A stretch of DNA of 64,000 nt from Parcubacteria group bacterium (GCA_041675165.1 JBAYUI010000002.1:376-64375); one strand, 5' to 3'. Shown: positions 39,908 to 50,092, counted from the first letter of the stretch. The notes: generated from the sequence alone by a model not told the origin. Program-made: numbers and translations.

Positions 39908-41881
39908 ATGTCCGAAATCAATTTTTTTGCTAAAACTAATTTCAGAAATAAAGAAGTGGCTTTTGGCATCAAGGAAGATGACCGGCGCCGGCATATGTAT
40001 GTCATCGGGAAGACGGGTATGGGGAAATCCAATATGCTGGAAAATATGGCTATCCAAGACATTCGCGATGGCCATGGCGTATGCTATGTCGATCCGCACG
40101 GCGAAGGAGCGGAAAAGATGCTCCGAGCCGTACCGGCCAATCGTATCAATGATGTGGTCTATTTCAATCCATCCGACAAGGAATTTCCCATCGCTTTCAA
40201 TATCTTGGAATCGGTGGATGAAGATAAGAAAAACTTGGTGGCCAGCGGTATGATGGGAGTTTTCAAGAAGATCTGGCCGGACGTGTGGAGTCCGCGGATG
40301 GAATATATCCTCAATAACACCATTCTGGCGCTTTTGGACTATCCCGGCTCGACGATGCTCGGCGTGAACCGGATGATGAGTGACAAGGATTTCAGGAAGC
40401 GGGTCTATCCGAAGATCAAAGATCCGGTCGTGAAATCTTTCTGGATCAATGAGTTCGACCAATGGGATGACAAGTTCAGAAAAGAAGCGGTGGCGGCCAT
40501 CCAGAACAAAGTCGGACAATTTTTGTCATCTTTCGTCATCCGGCATATCGTGGGCCAGCCCAAATCGACCATCGATATGCGCGAGATTATGGATAATCAA
40601 AAAATTCTGATTGTCAATCTTTCCAAGGGTAAGATCGGTGAAGACGCAATGCGGCTTCTCGGCGGAATGATCGTGACCAAGATCCAGTTGGCCGCGATGG
40701 GACGGGTAGAGATTTCGGAAGCGGAGCGCAAAGACTTTTTTCTGTATGTGGATGAATTCCAGAATTTCGCGACTGAATCATTCGCCAATATATTATCCGA
40801 AGCGAGAAAATATCGTTTGTGCCTCATCTTGGCCCATCAATATATCAACCAGTTGATTTTCGACGGTAATGCCACGGTGCGTGATGCCATCTTCGGCAAT
40901 GTCGGCACGCTCGTATCTTTTCGCGTGGGAGCGGAAGACGCGGAGCATCTGGAAAAAGAATTCGAGCCGGTCTTTATGCAAAACGATATTGTGAACTTGG
41001 CCAAATATCAGATGTATCTCAAACTGATGATCGATGGTATTGCGGGGGATGCTTTTTCGGCCACTTCTTTGCCGCCCGTAGACCTGTCCGATACGCTAGG
41101 CAATGAGGAAAAGGTGATCAAGATTTCTCGCGAACGATATGGCAAATCTCGGGCGGAAGTTGAAGAACGGATCGCGCGTTGGAGCGGGATGTTTGATTTT
41201 TCTGAATTTGAAAAAGAAACACCGCTCAAAAAAAATTATTCGGACGCGGCTAGGCTCACGGTCAGACCGGGGGCGGGCATCATCAGGGAAAATGCTGCCG
41301 GTGCGGCGAATGCCAAGGGAAGAACGAACGGGAACAATCTTTCCAACAATAGATACGATCCGGCTAGAGCGGTGAAGGAAAATCTGTCTCAGGGTGAATA
41401 TGTTGCTAAAGTTCCGACTCCGAGCGATAAAAAGTCTGTCCCTGTTGCACCGGCTCCCATTGCGCCTGTTTCCACCTCGTCGTCTTCTCCGGCACCTGTC
41501 GCTGAGCGAAAGATGTTTGAAGCGGTTTGCAGCAGTTGTGAAGAACATATCCAAGTGCCGTTCGCCCCTGATCCGAAACGCCCGACATTTTGCAGAGAAT
41601 GTTTGAAGGAATATCAAAGGGCAAGAGCGCGGTCGCAATATGATAGGGCGGATCAGAACCAACTAGCCGTTAAAGAAAGACCGGACTATGATGGTAAAAG
41701 TAATAAAGAGGATGAACCCAGAGATGGCTCTCTGCCGGTCGCAATAGTGGCTAATGAAAAACCGATGCGACTCACTCAGATGGTGAATATGGCACCGAAA
41801 AAATTCCAAAGTGCGCGCCGAAGGCCGGAAGTGGATGTGGCCGGCGTGCGTGATCTCATCAATAAAACAAAAAATAATTGA
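39908..41881 (+). CDS. TraD/VirD4/FtsK-HerA-superfamily P-loop ATPase (T4CP-like) with a C-terminal zinc ribbon
   Basis: Walker A GKTGMGKSN, VDPHGE, Walker B FLYVDEFQNF, AHQYINQL. C-terminal CSSCEEHIQVPFAPDPKRPTFCRECL. Confidence 0.7.
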   Translation: MSEINFFAKTNFRNKEVAFGIKEDDRRRHMYVIGKTGMGKSNMLENMAIQDIRDGHGVCYVDPHGEGAEKMLRAVPANRINDVVYFNPSDKEFPIAFNILESVDEDKKNLVASGMMGVFKKIWPDVWSPRMEYILNNTILALLDYPGSTMLGVNRMMSDKDFRKRVYPKIKDPVVKSFWINEFDQWDDKFRKEAVAAIQNKVGQFLSSFVIRHIVGQPKSTIDMREIMDNQKILIVNLSKGKIGEDAMRLLGGMIVTKIQLAAMGRVEISEAERKDFFLYVDEFQNFATESFANILSEARKYRLCLILAHQYINQLIFDGNATVRDAIFGNVGTLVSFRVGAEDAEHLEKEFEPVFMQNDIVNLAKYQMYLKLMIDGIAGDAFSATSLPPVDLSDTLGNEEKVIKISRERYGKSRAEVEERIARWSGMFDFSEFEKETPLKKNYSDAARLTVRPGAGIIRENAAGAANAKGRTNGNNLSNNRYDPARAVKENLSQGEYVAKVPTPSDKKSVPVAPAPIAPVSTSSSSPAPVAERKMFEAVCSSCEEHIQVPFAPDPKRPTFCRECLKEYQRARARSQYDRADQNQLAVKERPDYDGKSNKEDEPRDGSLPVAIVANEKPMRLTQMVNMAPKKFQSARRRPEVDVAGVRDLINKTKNN

Positions 41882-41885
41882 AACA

Positions 41886-42074
41886 ATGATAAAATTCGAA
41901 CCTAATCGCAGGACGCTTAATTACTTGGCCTTGTTTATGTTGATATTTTTTAATGGCGTGCTGTTCGGTGTTTTGGCGTATGTCGGACGGAACGTGGTCA
42001 ATAATACGAAAGAGTCGCAAGTTCTGGAAGTTTCTCAGGATGTTCGCAACGAAATGGCGGGGCAAAAAAGGTAG
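41886..42074 (+). CDS. Small hydrophobic protein (hypothetical)
   Basis: 62-aa ORF with one TM helix. Weak. Confidence 0.25.
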   Translation: MIKFEPNRRTLNYLALFMLIFFNGVLFGVLAYVGRNVVNNTKESQVLEVSQDVRNEMAGQKR

Positions 42075-42152
42075 GTTGATAAGCGGGCTTGAAAATATTG
42101 TTTAAGCCTTTTTTATTTGCCTATTGTATCAAACTTTGATACCTTTTTACTT

Positions 42153-43265
42153 ATGAAACAGGAAAAGCTAAAAATTTTAGTCGGGATGAGCGGCGGGGTG
42201 GATTCGAGTGTGGCGGCGGCCTTGCTTAAATATCAGGGCTATGATGTCACGGGTCTTTTTATGCGGATGCATAAAGGAGAAGGGGTGGAAAAAGATCTGG
42301 CGGACGTGATAAATGTGTGTGAAAAATTGGGCATCCCGTTGCAGACAGTTGACGTGCGGCGCAAATTCCAAAAAGAAGTGGTGAAATATTTTCTCTCCGA
42401 ATATGCCGCCGCGCGGACGCCCAATCCGTGCGTTTTTTGCAATAAGAATTTCAAGTTTAAGATTTTGCTGGAAGAAGCTAAAAAGATTAAGGCAGATTAT
42501 GTTGCTACAGGTCATTATGCGAGAATAACCAAGATACAAGAAACAATAACCAAGCAAAATCCAAAATCCAAAATTCCAAATTACAAATTAAAAACCGCTA
42601 AAGACAAAAGCAAAGACCAATCATATTTTCTATATCGCCTAGGACAAGAAGAATTGGCTATGATTATTTTTCCACTGGGGGAATATGAGAAAACTGAAGT
42701 GAAGAAGCTGGCGAAAAAGTTGGGGCTCGAGGTGAGTGAGAAAAAGGAATCGCAGGATGTGTGCTTTATGGCCGGGCTGACGAAGGAAGCATTCCTCAAG
42801 AGGAATCTGAAACTTGAGAAAGGCAAGATAGTTGACGTGCAGGGTGAAATTATTGGGGAGCATAGCGGCTTGCCGTTGTATACGCTCGGGCAGAGAAAAG
42901 GCATCCATATCGGCGGCACAGGACCATATTATGTGGTGGATAAAGATTTTAAGCAGAACCGACTGGTGGTGACGAATGATAAAAAAGCGGCCGCATTATT
43001 TTCTACAACGATAAATCTGGAAGATGTTAATTGGACCTTTGGCGCAGCGCCTAAGTTGCCCGTGCGGGTTCTGATGCGCAGCCGGTACCGAAATCCTTTG
43101 GTTTATGCTACAATTAAGTCACAAATCAGTACGAATAAAAAATCCGCGAATAGTTACGAGTATAGCGTTAAATTTGAAAAGCCGGAGAAGGCAGCGGCTA
43201 GCGGCCAGTCAGTAGTGTTTTATACCAAAGCCGGCGAAGTGATCGGCGGAGGGATAATAAAATAA
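42153..43265 (+). CDS. mnmA: tRNA-specific 2-thiouridylase MnmA, with an in-frame low-complexity insert
   Basis: PP-loop ILVGMSGGVDSSVAA, DQSYFLY. Insert TKIQETITKQNPKSKIPNYKLKT is encoded by caaaatccaaaatccaaaattccaaattacaaat. Confidence 0.9.
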   Translation: MKQEKLKILVGMSGGVDSSVAAALLKYQGYDVTGLFMRMHKGEGVEKDLADVINVCEKLGIPLQTVDVRRKFQKEVVKYFLSEYAAARTPNPCVFCNKNFKFKILLEEAKKIKADYVATGHYARITKIQETITKQNPKSKIPNYKLKTAKDKSKDQSYFLYRLGQEELAMIIFPLGEYEKTEVKKLAKKLGLEVSEKKESQDVCFMAGLTKEAFLKRNLKLEKGKIVDVQGEIIGEHSGLPLYTLGQRKGIHIGGTGPYYVVDKDFKQNRLVVTNDKKAAALFSTTINLEDVNWTFGAAPKLPVRVLMRSRYRNPLVYATIKSQISTNKKSANSYEYSVKFEKPEKAAASGQSVVFYTKAGEVIGGGIIK

Positions 43266-43380
43266 AAATTTCAAAATCCAAAATCCAAATGATAAATAAA
43301 ATCCAAATGACAAAAATTTGAAATTTGTCATTGGAAATTGATTTGACATTAGGACTTTGAAATTTGGATTTACAACTTAT
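43262..43380. repeat. Long intergenic simple-repeat hairpin (aaaatccaaat units)
   Basis: aaaatttcaaaatccaaaatccaaatgataaataaaatccaaatgacaaaaatttgaaatttgtcattggaaattgatttgacattaggactttgaaatttggattt. Confidence 0.6.
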
Positions 43381-43657
43381 GTATACCGACGATGATTTGA
43401 AAAATTTAAGCGGAGAAGATAAAAAGCGGCAATCGCGCAATTTTCAGATGCAGATTATCGTGCTCGATTCTGACAATCGCAAGGTGGAAAATCGGAAGAA
43501 CATGTTGGACGCGGAAATCAGGAAGTTGAGGGTCGATCAGGAGCGGATGCGGATCAAGATGGATGAGAAAAAAAAGGAATATGATGAGGCTGTCCGTCAA
43601 ATTTTGAAAAATGAAGAAGATATGAAAAGGCTGAAGAAAAAAATGAATCTATTGTAA
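43379..43657 (+). CDS. Hypothetical coiled-coil protein
   Basis: Charged, heptad-rich 90-97 aa ORF. Start 43364 or 43379. Confidence 0.35.
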   Translation: MYTDDDLKNLSGEDKKRQSRNFQMQIIVLDSDNRKVENRKNMLDAEIRKLRVDQERMRIKMDEKKKEYDEAVRQILKNEEDMKRLKKKMNLL

Positions 43658-43675
43658 TTAGTAAACTTAAAATAT

Positions 43676-43909
43676 ATGATATCAAAATTTTATAACATTG
43701 CAATCGCACAGATCGGCAGTCGCGGTGCCGAGATGAATAAAAATGTTTATAACTATCAAAATATCATAAAAGATATAGAAAAAGAGCTTGACCGCAAAAT
43801 AATCAATGTCGATGAAGCGATGAAAAGATTACATGGCCGTTTTTCTTATCATCTGACAGGCGATGATTATCAAAAGATCGAAAAAGAAGTGCGGTATAAC
43901 GTCAAATGA
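43676..43909 (+). CDS. Hypothetical small protein
   Basis: 77-aa ORF. No family. Confidence 0.3.
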   Translation: MISKFYNIAIAQIGSRGAEMNKNVYNYQNIIKDIEKELDRKIINVDEAMKRLHGRFSYHLTGDDYQKIEKEVRYNVK

Positions 43910-43962
43910 ATATCCAATATATACCTGCAATAGCCACAACTCTTAAACAGCTATAATACATA

Positions 43963-45804
43963 ATGCCTATGACTGCCAATGAACTCCGTCAACAATATTT
44001 GGAATTTTTCAAAAGCAAGGGACACGCCATCATCCCCAGCGCGCCGGTGGTGCCGGAAAATGATCCGACCACGCTTTTCATCACGGCCGGGATGCATCCT
44101 TTGGTGCCATACTTAATGGGGGAAAATCATCCGCAAGGTATGCGCTTGGCCAATGCGCAAAAATCCATCCGTACGATCGACATTGACGAAGTGGGCGACC
44201 GCACTCACCACACTTTTTTCGAGATGCTGGGCAATTGGTCTCTCGGCGACTATTTCAAAAAAGAAGCCCTAACGTGGAGCTGGGAATTTCTGACTTCGCC
44301 GGACTGGCTCGGGCTGGACAAAAATCGTTTGGCTTGTTCGGTGTTCGAGGGGGACACGGATGCGCCGTTCGATGAGGAAGCTTTCAATATTTGGAAAAAT
44401 TTGGGTATGCCGGTTGCGCGCATCGCCAAGTTGCCGAAGAAGAATAATTGGTGGGGACCGGCCGGGACGACCGGGCCGTGCGGACCGGACAGTGAAATGT
44501 TCTATTGGATCGGCGACCCCAAAAAAGTGCCGGACAGCTTCAATGATGATAATGACAATTGGGTGGAGATCTGGAATGATGTTTTCATGCAATACAACAA
44601 AAAAGCGGATGGTACGTTTGAAAAATTGGCGCAACAGAATGTCGACACGGGGATGGGACTGATGCGGGTGCTCACCGCCATAAACGGTCTCGATGACAAT
44701 TATCGCACGGAACTTTTCTGGCCGCTCATCCAAAAAATTGAAGAATTGTCGGGAAAGAAATATGATGAAGTAGGGGTTATGAGGCCGATGCGTATTATTG
44801 CTGACCATATCAAGGCAGCTGTGTTCATTATGGCTGATGGCGTGAAGCCAGGAAATTCTGAGAGAAGTTATATTCTCAGGCGCCTTATTCGTCGAGCGGT
44901 GCGTCAAGGACATATCTTGGGCATCAAAGAAAATTTCACGGTTTCAATTGCTAAAGTGGTGCAAGAAATTTATGGAGCAGTTTACGGGGAAATTTTAGAT
45001 GATAATATTATGAATATTTTAGAAAATGAGGAGGATAAGTTTAAAAAGACTGTTGTAAAAGGCCTGGGAGAATTGTTTAAACTAGTCGGGATTGAAAATC
45101 AATTTGCTCAAGGGAAAATTGAAGACATGAAAATCAATATAGAAGATATCAATGGTAGGGAATTATTTAATCTATATCAGACATACGGACTCCCTATAGA
45201 GCTAAGTATTGAAGAAATAAATCACCAAATGTTGTCTGAATCAAGAAAGATTGACGAAGAAACGGAAAAAAAGTGGTTAGCTGGTTTTAAAAATGAATTG
45301 CAAAAACACCAAGAACTTTCTCGTACCGCTTCAGCCGGAATGTTCAAGGGCGGCTTGGCTGATACGAAGGAAGAAACGACGGCCTTGCACACGGCGGCGC
45401 ATCTGATGTTGGCGGGACTGCGGAAAGTTTTGGGCAGCCATGTGCATCAGAAAGGTTCGAACATCAACGGCGAAAGGTTGCGTTTTGATTTTTCCCATGC
45501 GGAAAAAATGACGGATGAACAGAAAAAATTGGTGGAAGATTATGTCAATGAAGCTATCACGGCCAAAATGCCGGTGGAAATGACTGAAATGACACTGGAC
45601 GAAGCGCGCGCCGCGGGAGCGGAAGGTGCGTTCGAGAATAAATATGGCGAGGTGGTGAAGGTCTATAAGATCGAAGGTTTCTCTTCGGAAATCTGCGGCG
45701 GTCCACACGTGGCCAACACCGGCGATATCCATGGCACGTTCAAGATTAAAAAAGAAGAAAGTTCTTCAGCTGGCGTAAGAAGGATTAAGGCAGTGATTGC
45801 ATAA
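43963..45804 (+). CDS. alaS: Alanyl-tRNA synthetase, short form (catalytic and editing domains, no C-Ala domain)
   Basis: N-terminal FFKSKGH...PSAP, HHTFFEMLGNWSLGDYFK. Editing-domain HxxxH (HTAAHLMLAGLRKVLGSH). 613 aa. Confidence 0.9.
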   Translation: MPMTANELRQQYLEFFKSKGHAIIPSAPVVPENDPTTLFITAGMHPLVPYLMGENHPQGMRLANAQKSIRTIDIDEVGDRTHHTFFEMLGNWSLGDYFKKEALTWSWEFLTSPDWLGLDKNRLACSVFEGDTDAPFDEEAFNIWKNLGMPVARIAKLPKKNNWWGPAGTTGPCGPDSEMFYWIGDPKKVPDSFNDDNDNWVEIWNDVFMQYNKKADGTFEKLAQQNVDTGMGLMRVLTAINGLDDNYRTELFWPLIQKIEELSGKKYDEVGVMRPMRIIADHIKAAVFIMADGVKPGNSERSYILRRLIRRAVRQGHILGIKENFTVSIAKVVQEIYGAVYGEILDDNIMNILENEEDKFKKTVVKGLGELFKLVGIENQFAQGKIEDMKINIEDINGRELFNLYQTYGLPIELSIEEINHQMLSESRKIDEETEKKWLAGFKNELQKHQELSRTASAGMFKGGLADTKEETTALHTAAHLMLAGLRKVLGSHVHQKGSNINGERLRFDFSHAEKMTDEQKKLVEDYVNEAITAKMPVEMTEMTLDEARAAGAEGAFENKYGEVVKVYKIEGFSSEICGGPHVANTGDIHGTFKIKKEESSSAGVRRIKAVIA

Positions 45805-45808
45805 AATT

Positions 45809-47401
45809 ATGAATCTTGAACCAAAACTTGAAAACATTGCTATTGCAAACAAAAAAGAGAGTGGGAATGAACAATCCATAGGGAATTCCAATAGGGAAGA
45901 CAATCAAACCGAAGAACTGCATTCAGAAGAATTACAGCAGGAAAATTTGCAAAGAGATCATGATGTGCTTAAGAGAGAGCTTTTTCAAAAATACGGACAA
46001 GCTTTTTGGGATCTTGGTGACAAGAAAAAATTCCCTCTTGAAATAAATGAGAAAGTGAGAAGCGTGATCACTGATCCGAAAGATTGGGCAACTTATTTTA
46101 GATTTGCCCAAGCCGCTTATGTAACAAGAAGTGGTGCAAAATATGAAAAACCGCAAGGTCATCCTAATATCATGCATCCGTCAGAAAAGACTATTGAAAA
46201 AATAGAAGTGAATATTGCTGATTCGTCCACGCGCGAAAAATATATAGAAAATTGGCCGTATAAAGATTTTTCCCTTGATGAATGGGAAGAAAATGGTTTT
46301 TTGATTACCAAGGAAGGATTGCCTTCGAAACTTGAACGTGAATATTATGAACTGGTTAGAACAGGAGATTTCAAAAAATGGTTTGGCGATTGGGAAGATC
46401 ATTCAGATGATCAAGAAGTGAGTAAAATGATTGATCCTGATACCAAAGAACCTAAAGTTTTTTATCGCGGAGATAAATCTCGTTTCAAGCCAGGTTTTAT
46501 AGTTTTGGATGACGACGGTCGAACACCTGATATTGATAAATTAAAATTAGATGAAGAGGGTAATCCCGTCCTTGGCGAGGGCAATCCTATTCTTGGTATA
46601 GAAAGAGAAAAAGCTCTTTCAAGAAGACAAGGGGTGTTTTTTACTAATAACAAAAAAGTAGCATTGGATTATGGGGTTGATATCGACGCCAATACATTAG
46701 GGAAGACCGGTCTTGAATCAGAAAGAGATCATCCGGAAACATTTCCAAAAATGAAAGATTGGCTCGAATCTTTTGCTAACTCTTCTCCAAATTTTTGGAA
46801 AAATATTACACAGTACATATTAGACTACAGTCCTGAAATAGAAGCGGATGATTATAGGCATCGTTTTCATGTTATGTGTTACGACATGCGCATAATGGGA
46901 AAGAACGAAGATGATTTATGGGATGAAGTTACTAATCAGAGGAGACATGAAAAACCCAGCTACTATATAGATATATTTATCAAATCAGGAAATTTTGAGC
47001 GATTGATAGATGGATTTAATTCATATGTAAAGGATGAATCTGATAATTCATTTAAAAAAAGTTTAAAATCTAACGAGTGGCATAAGCCGGAATGGATGTT
47101 GCAGTTTAGGAAATTGCGATTGGATTATTTGACGGAACCATTAGTTCTTTCAACTGTTTTTATCCGATCTAAAAATCCTAGAATAGAAAGAAGAATTGAT
47201 GTGACTGAAAATTCAGATGTGCATTGGGCGCGAAAAGATGGACATGATTCATTTATTAACAAAGAAGGAGTCGGAGGAATAAAGGAGGCAGATGAAATAG
47301 TAATGTTTGATTTGAAAAATATTTGGGTTGCAAAAAAAGAACATCTGGATTACTCGGATGTGGAAAGAGTTGATAAGGTGAATGGAATTACAAGACTTTA
47401 A
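45809..47401 (+). CDS. Large hypothetical protein (AT-rich, unassigned)
   Basis: ~530 aa. An alternative ATG at 45797 overlaps the alaS stop. No family recognised. Composition differs from the flanking tRNA synthetase genes. Confidence 0.5.
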   Translation: MNLEPKLENIAIANKKESGNEQSIGNSNREDNQTEELHSEELQQENLQRDHDVLKRELFQKYGQAFWDLGDKKKFPLEINEKVRSVITDPKDWATYFRFAQAAYVTRSGAKYEKPQGHPNIMHPSEKTIEKIEVNIADSSTREKYIENWPYKDFSLDEWEENGFLITKEGLPSKLEREYYELVRTGDFKKWFGDWEDHSDDQEVSKMIDPDTKEPKVFYRGDKSRFKPGFIVLDDDGRTPDIDKLKLDEEGNPVLGEGNPILGIEREKALSRRQGVFFTNNKKVALDYGVDIDANTLGKTGLESERDHPETFPKMKDWLESFANSSPNFWKNITQYILDYSPEIEADDYRHRFHVMCYDMRIMGKNEDDLWDEVTNQRRHEKPSYYIDIFIKSGNFERLIDGFNSYVKDESDNSFKKSLKSNEWHKPEWMLQFRKLRLDYLTEPLVLSTVFIRSKNPRIERRIDVTENSDVHWARKDGHDSFINKEGVGGIKEADEIVMFDLKNIWVAKKEHLDYSDVERVDKVNGITRL

Positions 47402-47437
47402 TTTTTTATTATTATTGAATGTTAATTTAACAAAAAT

Positions 47438-48652
47438 ATGTCAAAAATTATTACAGATGAAAAAAGGATTGATGAGATTTTGGAGCGGGGAGTGCTGGTT
47501 GATTTTTTGCCGACCAAAAAAGAATTCAAGGAAGCGCTGATGAATGCCGAAAAACCCTTGCGTTTCTATATGGGCGCCGATCCGACGGCCAAAGCCTTGC
47601 ATCTGGGGCATGCGCAAAATCTGATGGTGCTGGAAGATTTTCGAAAATTGGGTCATGAAGTGATTTTTCTCATCGGGGATTTCACTGGGATGATTGGTGA
47701 TCCGAGCGACAAAAGTTCGGCGCGAGTGAAGCAGACACGCGAAGAAGTGGCGGAAAATTTCAGCCATTGGAAAGAGCAAGTGAAAAATATTTTGGATTTC
47801 GATGATGCGGCTAATCCTGTTTTGATCAAATATAATTCTGAATGGTTGAGCAAGCTCAATTATGGTGAAGTCTTGGAATTGGCCAGTAATTTCACGGTTC
47901 AGCAGATGTTGGAGCGAGATATGTTTGAAAAACGACTGAAAGAAGCGCGGCCGATCTATCTGCACGAGTTTCTCTATCCTTTGATGCAAGGCTATGACAG
48001 CGTGGCGATGGATGTGGACGTGGAGTTGTGCGGGACGGATCAGATTTTCAACGCTTTGGCCGGCCGGACTTTGATGCAAAAACTCAAAAATAAGAATAAG
48101 TTTGTCATTGCCACGAAACTCATTGCAGATGAAAAAACCAAAATGCTGATGTCCAAATCAAATGGCACGGGAGTATTTTTGGACTTGGAGTCCAATGATC
48201 TTTTCGGCGCCATTATGTCGCAACCCGACGGAATGCTCCGGCCGCTTCTTGTCGGATGCACGCGAATCACTCCGGCCGAAATCGAAGATTTGATGAATTT
48301 GGAAAATCCGCGCGACGCGAAAGTCCGATTAGCTGGTGAAATTGTGAAAATTTATCATGGCGAGGAAGCTGCTTCGGCCGCTCAAGAAAATTTTGAGAAA
48401 GTTTTTTCCCAAAAAGGCACGCCGGACAAGGTGACGGAAATAGAAATTTCCACAGAAGCTTCTATAGTGGAAGTGATGGTGGGTGCAAATCTGGCAGACT
48501 CCAACGCGGACGCTAAAAGAAAAATCAAACAAAGCGGCGTGAAAATAAACGACGAAGTCATCGATAGCGTCGAAACGGTCATTGCGCCGGAAATGGATGG
48601 ACAGATTTTAAAAGTGGGGAAAAGAGAGTTTCGGAAGATTAAATTGAAATAA
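47438..48652 (+). CDS. tyrS: Tyrosyl-tRNA synthetase
   Basis: HLGH (HIGH-like) motif, KMSKS-like LMSKSNG, C-terminal S4 domain. 404 aa. Confidence 0.92.
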   Translation: MSKIITDEKRIDEILERGVLVDFLPTKKEFKEALMNAEKPLRFYMGADPTAKALHLGHAQNLMVLEDFRKLGHEVIFLIGDFTGMIGDPSDKSSARVKQTREEVAENFSHWKEQVKNILDFDDAANPVLIKYNSEWLSKLNYGEVLELASNFTVQQMLERDMFEKRLKEARPIYLHEFLYPLMQGYDSVAMDVDVELCGTDQIFNALAGRTLMQKLKNKNKFVIATKLIADEKTKMLMSKSNGTGVFLDLESNDLFGAIMSQPDGMLRPLLVGCTRITPAEIEDLMNLENPRDAKVRLAGEIVKIYHGEEAASAAQENFEKVFSQKGTPDKVTEIEISTEASIVEVMVGANLADSNADAKRKIKQSGVKINDEVIDSVETVIAPEMDGQILKVGKREFRKIKLK

Positions 48653-48699
48653 TTTCTCGAGAGAGTTGTTTTATTTACCACCTTTGATAGAATGAGAAT

Positions 48700-49116
48700 A
48701 TGACAAATATAAATTCGCTGACAAGCGAGCAAAAGTTGAGAGTTGCTAAGATTGCCAAAAAATTTAGCCTGAGATTGGTTTTAGTTTTTGGCTCTTTTGC
48801 CGCGGGAAAAAACAGAAAGGACAGTGATTTGGATATTGCTGTTTTGGGTTCAGGCGGCATTTCTTTTCGAGAACAAGTAAGTCTTATTAATGAACTCTCA
48901 CATATTTTCGGCAAGGATGTTGATTTGTCAGTTTTAAATAGAGCTAACCCACTCTTGCTTTTTGAGGTTAGCAAAAACTCATTGCTGTTATATGGAGAAA
49001 AAGAAGAGTTTTTCAATTTTAAGTTGCGTGCTTTTCATGCTTACAATGACTACGCTCCTTATTTTGAAATGGAAAAAGAGTTGAATAAAAAAAACATAAA
49101 CGCTTATGCCAATTGA
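48700..49116 (+). CDS. Minimal nucleotidyltransferase (MNT) antitoxin of a HEPN/MNT pair
   Basis: LVLVFGSFAAGKNRKDSDLDIAVLG, i.e. GSx(n)DxD. Confidence 0.75.
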   Translation: MTNINSLTSEQKLRVAKIAKKFSLRLVLVFGSFAAGKNRKDSDLDIAVLGSGGISFREQVSLINELSHIFGKDVDLSVLNRANPLLLFEVSKNSLLLYGEKEEFFNFKLRAFHAYNDYAPYFEMEKELNKKNINAYAN

Positions 49117-49528
49117 TGAAAGGCTTATTAGCCGAAAAATAACTTTTATAAACAACGATCTGAAAAGTCTGAAATCGCTAAGCAAGCTTTCTCTTAAAAC
49201 TTATTTAAGCAAGTCTGATTACGAGGCTTTAGCGGAAAGATATTTGGAAAGAATAATTGGTAGGATGATTGATATTAACTATCATATTTTGTCAGAAAAA
49301 GAGAATGAGATCCCAACGGATTTTTACAGTTCGTTCATTATGCTCGGCAGAAAAAAATATTTGCCGTTAAAGCTAGCCGAAGCGATGGCGTCTTCCGCCG
49401 GACTTCGAAACAGATTGGCGCATGAATATGATGAGGTTGATGCCAAGAAAATTTTTGATGCGATTGGGACATGCCTAAAAGATGTGCCTAGATATTTGAA
49501 AAATATTGTTAACGCGCTGGAGTTGTGA
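49106..49528 (+). CDS. HEPN-domain (HepT/DUF86-like) toxin of a HEPN/MNT pair
   Basis: Rx4-6H motif RNRLAHEY. Overlaps the MNT gene by 11 nt. Confidence 0.7.
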   Translation: MPIDERLISRKITFINNDLKSLKSLSKLSLKTYLSKSDYEALAERYLERIIGRMIDINYHILSEKENEIPTDFYSSFIMLGRKKYLPLKLAEAMASSAGLRNRLAHEYDEVDAKKIFDAIGTCLKDVPRYLKNIVNALEL

Positions 49529-49714
49529 AAAAGGTTCGTGAATAGACACGAAGAAAAACGTCCAATATGTCACTGGCCGGTTTTTGCAGTTGACTTTTTG
49601 GCCGGTTTGTGCTATCATTCTGGGTCAAATAGGTCGTTGTAAATTAAATAAAAAAGCTGGATAAAATCGTAAGAAGACAAAGAAGGCATAACCTAAAATC
49701 AACGGAGGTGTGTT

Positions 49715-50092
49715 ATGAGAAAGGGAACATTTTTTGCAGTAATTCTGGCAGTTTTTATGTCTATTGTAAATTGTAATGCCAGTGATGGCAATTGCATTAA
49801 AGGCCTTGGCACGGCCATTGGCAACGGCGAAATTAATACGGTGCCGGTGTATGTCGTGACAAAAGGGGAATTCAATGCTCCACTTAAAGGAGAAGGCATG
49901 GAGGTTCCCTTAGGCCAGTACATCGTTGGAAAAGATGGAAAGCTGGTTAATGTGACTGGAAAATCTATGCGAGGAATATTTGAGGCCGGACTAGCTTCCT
50001 ATGGGATAAAAGAGTCTGGTAGCATACTCAATGTAAACAGATGTCTAGAAGGTAGTAACCTTATCATCTACGTATTTGATTACAGAAAATAA
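49715..50092 (+). CDS. Small secreted hypothetical protein
   Basis: Signal peptide MRKGTFFAVILAVFMSIVNCNA. 125 aa. Confidence 0.45.
   Translation: MRKGTFFAVILAVFMSIVNCNASDGNCIKGLGTAIGNGEINTVPVYVVTKGEFNAPLKGEGMEVPLGQYIVGKDGKLVNVTGKSMRGIFEAGLASYGIKESGSILNVNRCLEGSNLIIYVFDYRK

Noticed and set aside
39242-40519. 425-aa minus-strand ORF
   Set aside because: It is antisense to the T4CP-like ATPase and the upstream membrane protein genes. A spurious shadow frame.
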